From the human T2T-CHM13v2.0 reference genome, Homo sapiens: a stretch of 64,000 bases of DNA. A program made the position numbers and the translations under genes. Every line of letters starts with the position of its first letter. Position 1 is the first letter of the stretch. A model generated the notes under the pieces. It saw nothing but the letters and a program-made list of their open reading frames with translations, ran no database searches and was not told the DNA's origin. Below are positions 27,616-41,273 of the stretch, one piece after another. The stretch lies in the NCBI RefSeq assembly GCF_009914755.1, contig NC_060945.1; one strand, 5' to 3'.

Positions 27616-29794
27616 ATAAATATAAATGTTATTAAGTGATACTTTCAGAATAATGCTATAAGCAGTGAGAAATTTGCTAAAGCACTTTCAAATTAGGAAA
27701 AGAAGCAAAAGTAAGCTTCAACAGAAATAAAATCTACTATATCTAACTAAAACGAAACAAAAGCGAACAAAATGATCCAAAGCAGATGACAGAAAACTTC
27801 CGGAAAACATTATTGGGTATAGGAACATAGAAATAAATAAAGAACAGGTTATTTATAAATTGTAGCAAAATATTAGAAGGCAAAGGTACTGTAATTTTAG
27901 GTCACAGAGATAGTACTTAATGAATTTCAGGCCAAATTTTATAACCAATAACCTCTGTGATTCAGAGTCTTAAGTAGGTAAATTTAAGTTACATAAATAG
28001 ATAATAAATAATTCTATATTTTGAGGGTTATTAATTGCAAAATTTTCAATTACCCTCATGATTTCCCCCAAACATATGGTTATAGCAGCTAACCATCACT
28101 GAGAGTTTGAAGAGATACTATGTGCCAGGAATTACATAACCATATTAGTCACTGATTCAATTCTGCAGAAACGAATGCCTGCATATGAGGTTTTTTTACT
28201 GTTGTAACTGTCATTTTTTTCAGATGAAGAAACAAGTCATGCAGGAAGTGGTGGAGACAGCATTTAGATTTAGGTTTATTTCACAGCCCTTACTGTTAAG
28301 CATTTTGTCTATAATTCCTTGTTTGTTATATTTGTGTTTTGTGATTATCTTGTATTAATGAATAGAACCAGAGTTTGTCAAGTTTGACCAAGTTTTGCAA
28401 AGCAAGATTTCATGAGTGTGTATCTGGAGTGGACTGCTCAGAAAAACCATGTTTCCCTTTGGTTTTCTATTTAGGCTCCAGAACCCACTGAAGGAACACA
28501 TTTTTTCTAATGAGTAGGTCCAAAGGCTTGCTCTCTGTGCTTGTATTCTCCCTATCTGAATGTGATGGAAAAATATAGTTAACTTTTTAGTTGTTAACTC
28601 TGGGATACAGAATATTGTCTCACCCAGTGTGTTAATATTCCCAGAAGTTGTGGCATCACTGAAAAAGCACTTCTGTTAAAATGTGTTGATCTTCTTACAT
28701 GTCACTCAGTATTATACTTAATTAACTCTCAAATTCACTTAGAGGCACTTGGCCAATTCAATCCAACTTTTCAGTTTATTTTTCAGTATGAAGTAATTTC
28801 AACTCATAACAATAGGTATTGAAATGAATATTTTTAGCCCTATATAATATTAAATGTGTTACTTTTACTTGTTTCAATTTTCATGAATCATAACTATGAT
28901 GATTGTCACTTATTGTATAGCACAAACCAATAAGCATCATCCTTCTCTTTTGCAATGTTTGATTTTAGTCACAGATCAATTTCAGAATGTTAGGTGCAGA
29001 GGCTCATTAGAGCTCATTTGGTTCAAATTATCATTTTCAAAGATACCAGATCATGTAAATTACTCAGGTGATAATTATTTTTATTGTAATTATAATAGTA
29101 ACAACATGATTATAATAGTAACAACATGTTTATCAGAAAGCTAATATTTGTTTGATTATTTGACTTACAAAGCACTTTTATATGCATTATTTCATTGAGT
29201 TTCCTATAAATTTTGTGAGTAGCAGAAGAGATGTGATTATTATTAATGTGTACCAGTGGGAAAAGACAAGTTTACTAATGTTAAGGGATTTTTCTCAGGC
29301 TCATATAAGCTATAAATAAAATAAAGTAGTTCAAATCAGAATTTCTGCTCCTTTCACCTTATAGTAACACCTTGTTTTTATTTTTTGAATGATTATCAAA
29401 TATTTCAGTATTCCAAAATGAATAAAGAACCTAGAGTGAACATCATACATTCAGGATCCTCCTCAAGAAAGAAAATATGACTGAAACCATTGATGGCCTC
29501 AACATATTCTTCTACAATTGATTTGTTCATTCATCTTTTAATGGACATTTTGCTCTGAGTGAGAGAGAGAGAGAGGCCGGGAGGGGGGAAGGGCACAGAA
29601 TTGTATAGGGTATGCACATTTACAATTTTATTTGATTCACCAACTTGCTCTCAAACAGGGTTGAACCAATTGTTGCTCTCAAGCATGCATAAGATATTCT
29701 GTTACTCTTTGCAATCAGCCACATTTACAGTAGTGTATAGTAGTGCATGTGCCGGTGTAGTGTGTGTGTGAGCGCATGGGAGCGAGCGAGCGAG

Positions 29795-29938
29795 CGAGAG
29801 AGACAGAGAGAGAGAGGGAGGGGGGAGAAGTAGAGAGAGAGAGTTTTAATTTGGCCATTTTTATGGAGAGAGAGAGAGAGGGAGGGAGGGAGAGGGGAGA
29901 AGTAGAGAGAGAATTTTAATTGGGCCAAGTTTATGGAG
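29795..29938 (+). repeat. GA-rich tandem duplication (2 x ~70 bp), preceded by (TG)n/(GAGC)n
   Basis: Unit GGGGAGAAGTAGAGAGAGA..TTTTAATT.GGCCA..TTTATGGAG occurs twice. Confidence 0.85.
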
Positions 29939-30394
29939 GTATGAAATGATTATTTTTTTCTTATGGTTTTTAGTTACATGTCTCTTATTACTGCTGAAGT
30001 TAGCACACTTTCAGATAAACATGCAGAAACACACCCACCATTTGGATGTCTTCCCTAGGAATTGCCTGTACATAAATCTTGACCTCTCTGCTTGGATAGC
30101 TGACTTTTTATCTTGTTGATTCATAGGAGTTATTTACATACTTTGGATAAGAATTCTTGCAGATTATGTTATTTTTCCCAGAGCTTGGTTTTTTATTTTC
30201 ACATACATACTGCCTGTTTTAATGAGAAGAAATTTTAAAAGTATCTACTTTTTATCCTTATCTTTCCTGTTTTAGCTATTTATATCTTGTTTAATAAACA
30301 TTTCTTTTCCCTGAGGCAACAGAGACATTCAGACACATTTAAAAATTTTTACATTTTCAGTATTCACTTTTAGGTCCAATGTACCTTGAATTCA

Positions 30395-30396
<2 letters not shown>

Positions 30397-30432
<36 letters not shown>
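30397..30432 (+). repeat. (TG)18 microsatellite
   Basis: Perfect dinucleotide run. Confidence 0.97.
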
Positions 30433-30435
<3 letters not shown>

Positions 30436-31084
30436 CCTGTAGGTATGGATCTAACTTAATTTATCACAGGAATAACTGTCCCAGCTCCATTTAATGGCTA
30501 CTGTGCCCTTTTCTACTGACCTGGTGCCTCTGTCACATGTTGAGTTTCCAACTGATTCAGCACTCTGTATTTCAGCTCTTCACTGTGTGGCCTTAGATTT
30601 GTCGCCTGTGGATTACTATTTAAATGTTCATTGTTTTACCTTTAAATAAAATTTCTTTTAGAACAGGGTAATTCCTTCTCTTTTTTGGCTCCTCCTTGCT
30701 CCTTCCACTTTCCTTCCCTCCTCCTCACACTTCTCTTTGTCTTATGAAATTATCTTGCCAATTTTTTGAACGTTTGCCCATCCAGTCAAGTAACAAAGAC
30801 TTAGATACATTCATGGAGAAGTGACCTTCTTGAAAATTGAGAAATGGCTGCTTTCTCAATTTCTGCAAGTCTTTAAAAGTGTCTTTCAAGAATTATATAT
30901 CATTTTTACCCTACAACTAATAAAGAAATGACAATTTTATTATTATTATGGATCCAGTATATCCTTAATAATTATTTTTAGTATAAAATCTGTTTTATTA
31001 CATCAATATAGTTTGAATATTTTCTTTCAGTTACTATTCACTTGAGGTCTTCCTTATAAATAACATTTATTAATATATAGAGTC

Positions 31085-31383
<299 letters not shown>

Positions 31384-31576
31384 TAGAGTCATTTTTTAAT
31401 CCAACTAAATTATATTTGTTTGTATAACCAGTGAGCTTATCTTATTTTATTTCAATCAAAAATATATTTGTTTTTGTCTCTACATATTTTGTTCTTCCTA
31501 CTTATTTGTCTTTTGGCCTGACTTAATTGTTCCTCTTTTCCTGTTTTCTTTGCAAGTAAAACATGTTTTTTCTCCT

Positions 31577-31939
31577 TTTCTTAATTACTTTGAGCTGGTA
31601 TAAGAAAATACCATAAACTGGGCAACTTGTGAGAAACAGAGCTTATTTCTTCCAGTTCTGGAGGCTAGGAAGTCCAAGATTAAGATGCTAGCTGACTCTG
31701 TATCTGGTGTGGGCCCATTTCCTGGTTCATAGACGGTGCCTTCTCACTATGTCCTCACATGGTGGAAGCGCCAAGGATCTCCCTTGGGCCCCATTTATAA
31801 GGGCACTAATCGCATCATGAAGCCTCCACTTTCATGGTCTGATCACCTCCCAAAAGTCCCCACTTCCTAATATTATCATCTTGGGGTTCATATTTTAACA
31901 TATACATTTAGGGGAGACACAAACATTTAGACTACAGCA
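31577..31939 (-). mobile_element. MLT1A MaLR LTR
   Basis: ATACCATAAACTGGG...GTTCTGGAGGCTAGGAAGTCCAAGAT...GACACAAACATTTAGACTACAGCA. Confidence 0.85.
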
Positions 31940-32194
31940 CCTCTGTGTTCAACTGTTTACTGACATTTTAACATTCTTTCTTAAGGAATCTAAAGTAAAT
32001 CTAATATTTTTCTAACTTCTTTAAGAACAATCCCCAAGCACATATTGGGGGAATACATTATTTATATAATTTAATTATTCCTTTTTGTACAATGAATCCT
32101 TCTATCTAGTAATTAATTTAGATTTATTTATATGTATATCAATTTCTTTGCCCATCATTTCTTCTAGTCTCTCAGTCTTCCTTCTGTGATCATT

Positions 32195-32640
32195 TAATCA
32201 TTTGAAGAGTAATAATTTGCTGTTTTACAAAATCCTTATTTATTTGGCTTTGATATTTCTTGATAATTTAATAAGATTATGAATTTATGTCAAGAACACC
32301 ACAAAAGTGATTCATGCCCTTCACAAGGCAGCATTTCAGGTGGCACATACTATTTGGGTGTCTCATTACTTGCAATGTTAAATTTATCACTTGGTTAAGT
32401 AAAAAAGAAGTGTCATGAGGATAAAGAACGATGGTGTACTTGTCCTAGAATAAAGGAGACGAAGGAAATCCCATAACTGAATGAAATGTGTGATCCTGGA
32501 TTGAATCCTGGACCAGAAAAAGGAACACTATTATTAGGACAATAAATGAAATTTGCATAAGGTCTGTAGATTACTTCATTATATTGTTGTCAGTGTTTAA
32601 TTTTTGGTGTTGATGCTCATATTGAAGTTGTTTAAATAGA
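32195..32640. mobile_element. L1MC-like 3' UTR fragment with inverted 5' part
   Basis: 32195-32399 antisense and 32410-32640 sense (GTGTGATCCTGGATTGAATCCTGGACCAGAAAAAGGA). Confidence 0.65.
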
Positions 32641-32705
32641 AAGTTAGAAATAAAGATTGTTAAAATTGCCCTCATTTGACCTCCTTTCTTTGATTATCGA
32701 AGTGA

Positions 32706-33058
<353 letters not shown>

Positions 33059-34504
33059 TGTACATATAAATTTTTTAAAAAGTGAACATATGTGTTACTA
33101 GAAACATTTGGAGCATTTTTTGACTTTCATTATTGAATTACTGTTGATTTGGGAACTTAATTCTAGGTTGGTATCTACTTTCTCTCAAAACTTTGAAATA
33201 TCTTTCAATTATTTTCTGTTTGCCCTGTGGCCATTGAGACCTTCATAGGCCAACCTAATAGACAATTTGTAAAAGAGCTATTAATACCGTTTTCTTTAAA
33301 AAGTCTTCTGTTTTTATTTGGTTTTGGTAGATTTAGTAATGTATACTATAAATAACATTTTTATCCTAATGGAAATGTTTTATGCTTATTGATCTAAATA
33401 TCCTGGAACATTTTTTCATCTGTTTTGGAAAACAGTAGTATTTCTAGCTATTAATTTATCTTCTCTACTCTCTCTGTCTTATCTTGGTAGAAATCCAATT
33501 AGATCTTTTTGACTTTTTATTATACTCACCATTTCTCTTTAACTCTCCTTCATATTTTTCATTTATTGGTGTCTCTGTTTCTTTCAGGCAGGCTTTAGGC
33601 CTCAATCTGTCTTCCAGTTTATTTGATATCTTCAGATGTGATCATCTATTTGTTTTTTAAATCTATCCATTTAACTTTTAAAATATAAATAATTACATGT
33701 TTCATTTCTGCAATTTTTTGGTCTATCTTTTATTGTTTCATGTTCTGTGCTTGTATTTTCAATGCACTTTTGTTCTTTCAAAATTATACATTCTTTTTTC
33801 ATATTCCAAGTCTGACCGTTTCAACCTCTTAAGTTAATACTGGTCTAATTGTGCCGTTTATGGTTTTTGTAAATTCGTACTTCTAGACACATAGCTCTTG
33901 TTAGTTGGGGAACATAGATTGCTAGTTTATGTTTTGCTGGACTTTGCCACTGGACATCATGTGAAACCGAGTCTGAGGGTTCATCTTTCTAATAGAGATT
34001 CCATTAGTTTTTGACAGGCAAACCAGGGTTTTAACAATTTAGGACCCACTTAAGTTAATAGTTGGCTAAAAGTATCCCAAACAATTTAGTTACTTTAAAA
34101 TGAAATTCCAGCCTTCTCAGAGGACAGGTTCTGTTTACAAATTATTGTGGCAGACATATTTATATTCCTTGGAATCGAAAAAATTTTTATCTCTGACATT
34201 TTTCATATGGGAATTTTTTTCTAATTTATGACATTACTAATGATTGGCTCTCCAAGAGTTTCAGCTTTATGCAAGAGCACCAATTCCTATCTTGCCTAAT
34301 CTATACCCCACACATCCTAATCTCTTCACCACATAGCCATTGTATCTCAAACATTATCTTATTTAATCTTGACGATTTTTAGTTCTCCTTTTTATGGATG
34401 AAAAACATGCTCAGAGATAAAATAGAAGGTCATTTGGTCAAGTTTACAAAGGTAAAAATTCACAAAGCTGAGATGCAAATTTTTCTGAAATACTTATCGT
34501 AATT

Positions 34505-34600
34505 AGATATTACATACACACACATAGTTATATATGTATATATACACACATACTTATGTATATATACACTCATTATATATAATGATATAAATAATATATA
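34505..34600. repeat. TA/CA-rich low-complexity tract
   Basis: Mixed (TA)n/(CA)n. Confidence 0.7.
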
Positions 34601-34904
34601 GCAAGAATTGTCAAACATAAAGTTTAACAATTTAAAACATTAAATTTTAGTGTGAATACACTCAGATGTCTCCCGTCTTCCTCCTATTATTATTTTACTA
34701 TATCTGTGTTATTATATGTTCTTTCATCTATGTGTTCCTCTATCCATCAATAAGTCTATTTTATCTTTGATGCATTTCATGGTAATTGGTACATGTTAGT
34801 ACATTTCCCTACATAGGCTTCAGCATGCCTCTTTTGTTTGCTGATGTAAAAGATTTGTGTAAACACAAATCATGAGTATACGTGCCGAGTTTTGATAAAT
34901 GCAT
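34600..34904 (-). mobile_element. L1MD-like 3' end
   Basis: TTTGATGCATTTCA...AGTACATTTCCC...CTTCAGCATGC...GAGTTTTGATAAATGCAT resembles the recalled L1MD 3' terminus. Confidence 0.65.
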
Positions 34905-35017
34905 AAAATATGGAATACTTTGTGAATTTGTATGTTATCCCTGGGCACAAGATGATGTGCAAGATAATTTTCTCTGTATCAATTCAATTATAGTACATAC
35001 CCTGCCAAAGAAAGTAT
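34905..35017 (-). pseudogene. U6 snRNA retropseudogene, full length, diverged
   Basis: Colinear with the reverse complement of U6: AAAATATGGAA..GAATTTG..ATCC..TTCTCTGTATC (ACAGAGA box)..CAATT.TAGTA..CTGCC.AAG. Confidence 0.88.
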
Positions 35018-35954
35018 TCACATACATTTAAAAATTCTACTTATCGTATCTTTTTTAAAAAGGATTTGAAGTTGGTTATAGAATACATGAGATACATAAA
35101 ATACAGTATAATGTCCTTGTGATAAGATTGAATAACTTTAGAAAGGTTTAGAGTGATGATATTAAGTGGAACCAGGGAGAAGACTAACATGCTTATCACA
35201 CAATTTTTGCACATAAATAATTCTACATGTTACTACTATGAACAGGTTATCAGAGTAATGAAAACCCTGATAATGAGCTGGTGCTAAAGGAGCCAGCCCC
35301 CCATCAAAACACAAACAAAACAAAACAAAACAAAAACAAAAACACTTCATTCCCGGCCTCTGTTTAAAAACTATTTGTGAATAAAATATATATAAGTATG
35401 CTCATTGTAGCAACCACATATTCGTTCTTCAAAGTAAAAAGTGAAATTTCAAATTGGAGGAACTTATGTATATTTTAGAAAGAGTAGTGGAATTTCCACA
35501 AAAAAGAATTTGTGCAACAGTTTTATTTTACAATATCCTTGGATAATCTTTGGCTACGGTTAGGCTTCCTCCATGTTTTGGTAACCCCAGGGCTGACGTT
35601 TGAGGGTCATAATGCATTTTTATTTTTGTTCCAGTTCTCATAGTTGTATTTTCCTTCTCCATCACAAAAATGATTGGATCTCAATCTTGAATACTGTAAA
35701 AACTTAGCCTTGGTTTTGGCTATCAGAGATGACTTACAAATTGTAGTCTGTCTTTAGGCTGCATTCTTCAGAGCAAATATTCTCACAAATCATTAATTTT
35801 AAATAGAGGACTAAGATATTTATTAAATATCACATTTTCATTTTTTTCAATATAAATCATTGAAGACCCTTAGGATCATAGTTATACCCAGGGAGTTTAT
35901 CAATAACCTGTAGAGGATTGAATTACATACATTAATAATTAAATACAGGTAAGA

Positions 35955-36301
35955 CTTTACTTTTCTACTGCAATCACTAGTTACCACAAATGTAGTGGCT
36001 TAAAATGACAAAAAAAAAAAAAAAAAAAAGTATTCTCCGGGAGTGGTGGCTCATGCCTGTAATCCCAGCACTTTGGGAGGCCGAGGAGGGCGGATCATGA
36101 GGTCAGGAGATCGAGACCACAATGAAACCCCATCTCTACTAAAAAATACAAAAAATTAGCCAGGCGTGGTGGTGGGCGCCTGTAGTCCCAGCTACTAGGG
36201 AGGCTGAGGCAGGAGAATGTCAGGAACCCAGGAGGCGGAGCTTACAGTGAGCCAAGATCACGCCACTGCACTCCAGCCTGGGTGACAGAACGAGACTCTG
36301 T

Positions 36302-36332
<31 letters not shown>

Positions 36333-36660
36333 GACTTACAGATCAGAAACCTAGATAGGCTTTATAGGGTCCTTCACTTAGATTCCCTGAAGAGTAAAAT
36401 CAGGTTGTCAGCATGGTTGCCTTTCTTACTGTAGGCTCTGGGGAAGAAGTTGCTTCCGTGATCATTCAAGTTGACAGCCAAGTTCAGTTCCCTGTGATTG
36501 TAGGACTGAGATCCCTGCTTCCTTGCTGGCTGTTAGGTGGCGACCAGCCTTTACTTCTAGAGGTTGACAACATTTTTTCTCATGTTAGGTAAGGTGACAC
36601 CTTCTGCAATACAGCCTGATCATTTTCTCACTTTGAATCTCTCTGACTTTCCCTTCATCT
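35955..36660 (-). mobile_element. MLT1 LTR interrupted by an Alu
   Basis: TTACCACAAATGTAGTGGCTTAAAA...GGCTCTGGGGAAGAA...TTCAGTTCC...GTAGGACTGAG. Confidence 0.7.
36035..36330 (+). mobile_element. AluY, Yd-lineage type (12-bp left-monomer deletion)
   Basis: GAGATCGAGACCACAATGAAACCCC lacks the 12 bp present in AluY; GACAGAACGAGAC variant; A26 tail. Confidence 0.9.
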
Positions 36661-36689
36661 TAGTGTTATTATAAAGAAATACTTTAGAT

Positions 36690-37190
36690 ATTCCTAAACC
36701 AAACTTTGAAAGCTGCTTCTTTATATTAGTGGTTTCTGACTGTACGTTTATACTGTAATTTTATCTCTTATTTCCATATCATATCTATGCAATTCATCCA
36801 TATTAAGGCACATTGCTACTTTTTTCACCATGGTATAGTTTTCCATTGCACATACATCACAAAACAGGGATTTATTCTGCTCATAGAAATTTTTTGTGGT
36901 TATTTTGTTTTACTTTAGGCATTTACATATTTTTCTACAACAATGCTGGTAATGTGTTCATATATCTCTCCATATTCCTATGTAAGAGTTTCTTCAGGGC
37001 ACAAGACAGAAAGGGAATTTCTGAATCAAATGGTGTGAACTTACTCCATTTTTGATGACAATATCAAATTATTTTCCACAGTGGTGGTGCCAATTTGCAT
37101 TCTCATAAGCAGTGTGAGTTCCTATTGACTCACATTCTTGCCAACTTGTATTGCTGAACTTTTATATTTCTACAATTATTAGTGATTGAG
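36690..37190 (-). mobile_element. L1ME-like 3' fragment
   Basis: TTTTCCACAGTGGTGGTGCCAATTTGCATTCTCATAAGCAGTGTGAGTTCC. Confidence 0.6.
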
Positions 37191-37519
37191 TCCTCTGAGT
37201 TCTATCTTCAAAAATATTTATAATGTAGCCAAACAATTCTGATCTCTTATGTGGAAGATAAAATAGTAGAGCCTGTCAACTAGTCTCAGTATGTTCACTC
37301 TCAACACAATCTGTCTAGTCAATTCCCTGTTAAGTCTTTTCCCTTCAGTAGATACAACAATCAAAGGAGCTTGAATATCAGGTCTTGTTAGAATCCTTCC
37401 TAAAATTCTGCAATGACTGTTCAAGGTACTTTGGCTAAGTCTAGGGGCATTTTTTTTTCTATAGCCCAAATTATAAACTTCTGCCTTCCTTTTAAAATAT
37501 TTCTCCTGTTCTCAAAATC

Positions 37520-37945
37520 CTTCTTTCAGTTTCTGGGAATGGCCAGCTCTCTCCTATCACAGGGCCTTTGCACAGACCCCTGTTCCTAGAACACTTTTCA
37601 CCTTACCTGACTTTTGCTCAGATATAAAATATCAGCTTACATTCAATTATTTTTTACCATTTGCTTTAGATATCAACTTATACTCCACCTCTTGTGAAAC
37701 ATTTTCTCTCACTCCATGATTTACACTAGGTTCCATCTCAAAACACATCTTTATTATTTGTTTCTTCATAGGTTTATAACATTTTGGAATTATTTATTGC
37801 CGGTTCACTTTTATATTCCTTTCTCTACTAAACTGTAAGCTCCATGAAAAAACTTTGCCCACCACTGTGGTCTCCTTTGCATTCCCAATCGTTAATACAG
37901 TGTAGGTGTTTGATCTTCATATATTTTTTGAATAGACAAATTAAT
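37520..37945 (+). mobile_element. L2 3' end
   Basis: CACAGGGCCTTTGCACA...CTAAACTGTAAGCTCCATGA. Confidence 0.65.
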
Positions 37946-38526
37946 ACAATATATGCAGTTTTTCATAGCTATATCATTGCTAACAGATTTACTGGTTTCA
38001 TTTATATATAAATATGCTACATTTAAATATCTAAAGAAACATTTGTCTTTATATAAAGTAAGTAAAATTACTTCAAAATAAATAGGTATGATGGAGATTG
38101 CTATATAACTGCTAGAATATATTGAAAGTAAATGTTAGGTGAACTTTTCATAGATGTACCCACCTTGATTTAATTACTGAAATACTAAAAATGAACATCA
38201 TTTTAAGGCAGCCTACCTAGCATGGATTTCTATGGTTAGTAAAACAATCAGACTCTAGTACGCTTGTAGTTGGATAAAATCTTCATGTGAAAGAGGATTT
38301 TAAAATCACATGTCCTCACAGAATACCACTACTTCCACTACTAAAATTATTTTGGAGATCTTAATTGTCCTAAGGGCTCTATATACATATTTTATTTAAT
38401 CCCTCCACCAATCTCATGAGTTAAACACTGTCATTATCCTTCTTTACACACAAGTAAGGCAAGCCTTAGGAGACATAATAATCTACTTAAAAGTATATGG
38501 CCAGAAATGATAGAGTTGGGACTTAA

Positions 38527-38869
<343 letters not shown>

Positions 38870-40469
38870 TAAACACGGTCCTTATCTAAGGCCTTCTTTC
38901 ATTAGCAGTTGAGCTATGAAAAACATGTTATTATTTAGGATTCACTAAGCAATCAGTGCCTTCACATTGTTTTCTATATATTAGCTTGATTATGGTATTT
39001 TTTTGTAGTAGGGAATCAGAGACAGAAAGAGGACTAAAAATTGCAGACATATTCAATGTGCAAGATATGGCTTGGAAGGGAGAGGGGGATACATAAAAGC
39101 AACACGAATCAGATCTTTAAACTCGGAAAGCTTGTAATTATTTTGGAAAGGAACACATTTTTCTGAATAAATAAATGCATCTGGGAAAAATAATAATTGC
39201 TATTCATTGTGATATCCCGAATCATGAAGAGTAATAGGTAATGTGCAATATTGTTTTAAAAAGATTTTCATACTACCCTTTAAAATTAAATCTGTCAGTA
39301 TTAGAGATAAGCTTGATTATGTAGAAATTAGCTATAACTAAGATGATCTGTAGGGACTAATGGAAAAAAAGCAATAAGAGGTTATTACAGGTAGACGAGA
39401 AATAGTCTTATTTTTTATGTTTACAAAACTGCCTTGTCTTCTAGAGAGTAAAGTAGACATAAATTTGATTCTCATTTAAATACTTGCACTGTCAAATATA
39501 TCATACCATCACAAGAGAAACACACACTGTCCTCCAAATAAACAATTCTAATCCACTATACAATACCTAATTCCATTTTCCTACTATTGCCCAATCTGAA
39601 ATCTTCTTCTCTTTTCTGGCCTGTACTAATAATTCAGTCTAGGCAGGGTCATATGTTTGCAACTGTTAGAATCTGTGTCTCCCTCCTGCTGATTGTTGGT
39701 CTTTCTCTAATAAACTGTTTATCTTGGCCATATTGGCTCTGAGAGTGTAGGGTTCACATGGAATTTCTTTTTGCTTTAGATCTTTTGCTTTCTGACAAAT
39801 TTCTGCCTGTTCTTCTATTGTCCTACCTGTGAAAAAGGTGTTTTCTGCCAACTTGTAGCCAGTAGAGCAAATATATACAAATAATGGAGCATTCTATCAA
39901 ACTGCCAGGCTAGACAATGTCCATCTTGGATGCAGTCCTACTCAAGATGCAAACCATACACATGTGCCTCACCAAGTGAGCCAGCTGGGTGTCTCCCTCC
40001 AGCAGGCCAGAAGCAGGGCCAAGTGTGTACCAACCAGCAGTTGCTTTTAGTAATGTGGGGTGGAATTTGAACTGAATTTCTACAGTCCTTCAATATATGC
40101 ACTGGAATAATTAAAAAGATGTAAATAACAGCTATCAGAATGGTGCCAGACTCTTCACTCCACTGTCCTGCAACTGTCCTCCCCTGTTCATCACCAGAAT
40201 AGTTTCCTGTGGGTCTCTGTTTTCCCAAGCAGGACTTTCAGATTTGGAAGAAAGAATGCATTCAGACTGACTTGCTTAGGTACATTTGCTCCAGAGTTCA
40301 CAGGGACTAATGGATGTGTATACCAGCTGAAGAAGATCACAATTAGAGTGCAGTTTTTTTAAGCTGAAAAGACTAGATTTATTTATAAAATGAAGTGAAA
40401 GTCATTATTAGGAAAGTCATCATTGGAAAGTCATTGTCAGGACATTCTATTTTAAAGTCTAAAAACAAA

Positions 40470-40570
40470 GAAGAAGGGAGGAAGAAAAAAGGAAGGATGA
40501 AAGGAAGGAAGAAAGAAAGATGAAAAGAGAAAGCAAGCAAGAAAATAACAAAGAAACAAACAAAGAAAGA
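40470..40570 (+). repeat. (GGAA/GAAA)n purine-rich low complexity
   Basis: Visible directly in the sequence. Confidence 0.75.
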
Positions 40571-40921
40571 TGTTTCTTGGCATTTTTCTGGTTCTCCATT
40601 AAATAATAGTTTAGATAGTTGCCAGACTATAACTGTCTTCTAATAAGAAATTATGTGTCTGGACTTAACCACATTTACTGTCTATGCCAGGTCAAGTAAA
40701 TTAAAAAATTGTTGAGATTGTAAAAAGGGAGTCAAAACAATCAGAAACTCATGTGGTAGAGACATCACACCATTTGGAGAGACAGATATGACTAAATTTG
40801 CTTAGTACTTAATCTAATCTTGGAGAAATTACCAAATCTTTCTGACCTTCATTTTGTTATCCTTAAAATAAAGGTGAAAATGAACCTAGTTCATAAGGCT
40901 CATAAAAAATCAATAAGATAG

Positions 40922-41273
40922 TGTTTTAGTTTGTTCTCATGCTGCTAATAAAGACACACCAGAGACTGGGTAATTTATAAAGGAAAGAGGTTTAATGGAC
41001 TCACAGTTCCACATGACTGGGAAGGCCTCACAATCATGGTGGAAGGCAAAGGAAGAGCAAAGGCACATCTTACATGGCGGCAGGCAAGAGGGCATGTGCA
41101 GGGGAACTCCCATTTATAAAACCATCAGATCTCATGAGACTTATTCACTATCACAAGAACAGCATGGGAAAAACCCGCCCCCATGATTCAATTACCTCCC
41201 ACCAGGTCCCTCCTATGACATATGGGGATTATCAAGGTAGATTTGAGTAGGGACACAGAGCCAAACCATATCA
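40922..41273 (-). mobile_element. THE1B-like solo LTR
   Basis: Ends CCAAACCATATCA; perfect 5-bp TSD GATAG. Confidence 0.93.

Noticed and set aside
34905-35017. Functional U6 gene
   Set aside because: Heavily diverged with an internal insertion, and no recognisable PSE/TATA promoter upstream
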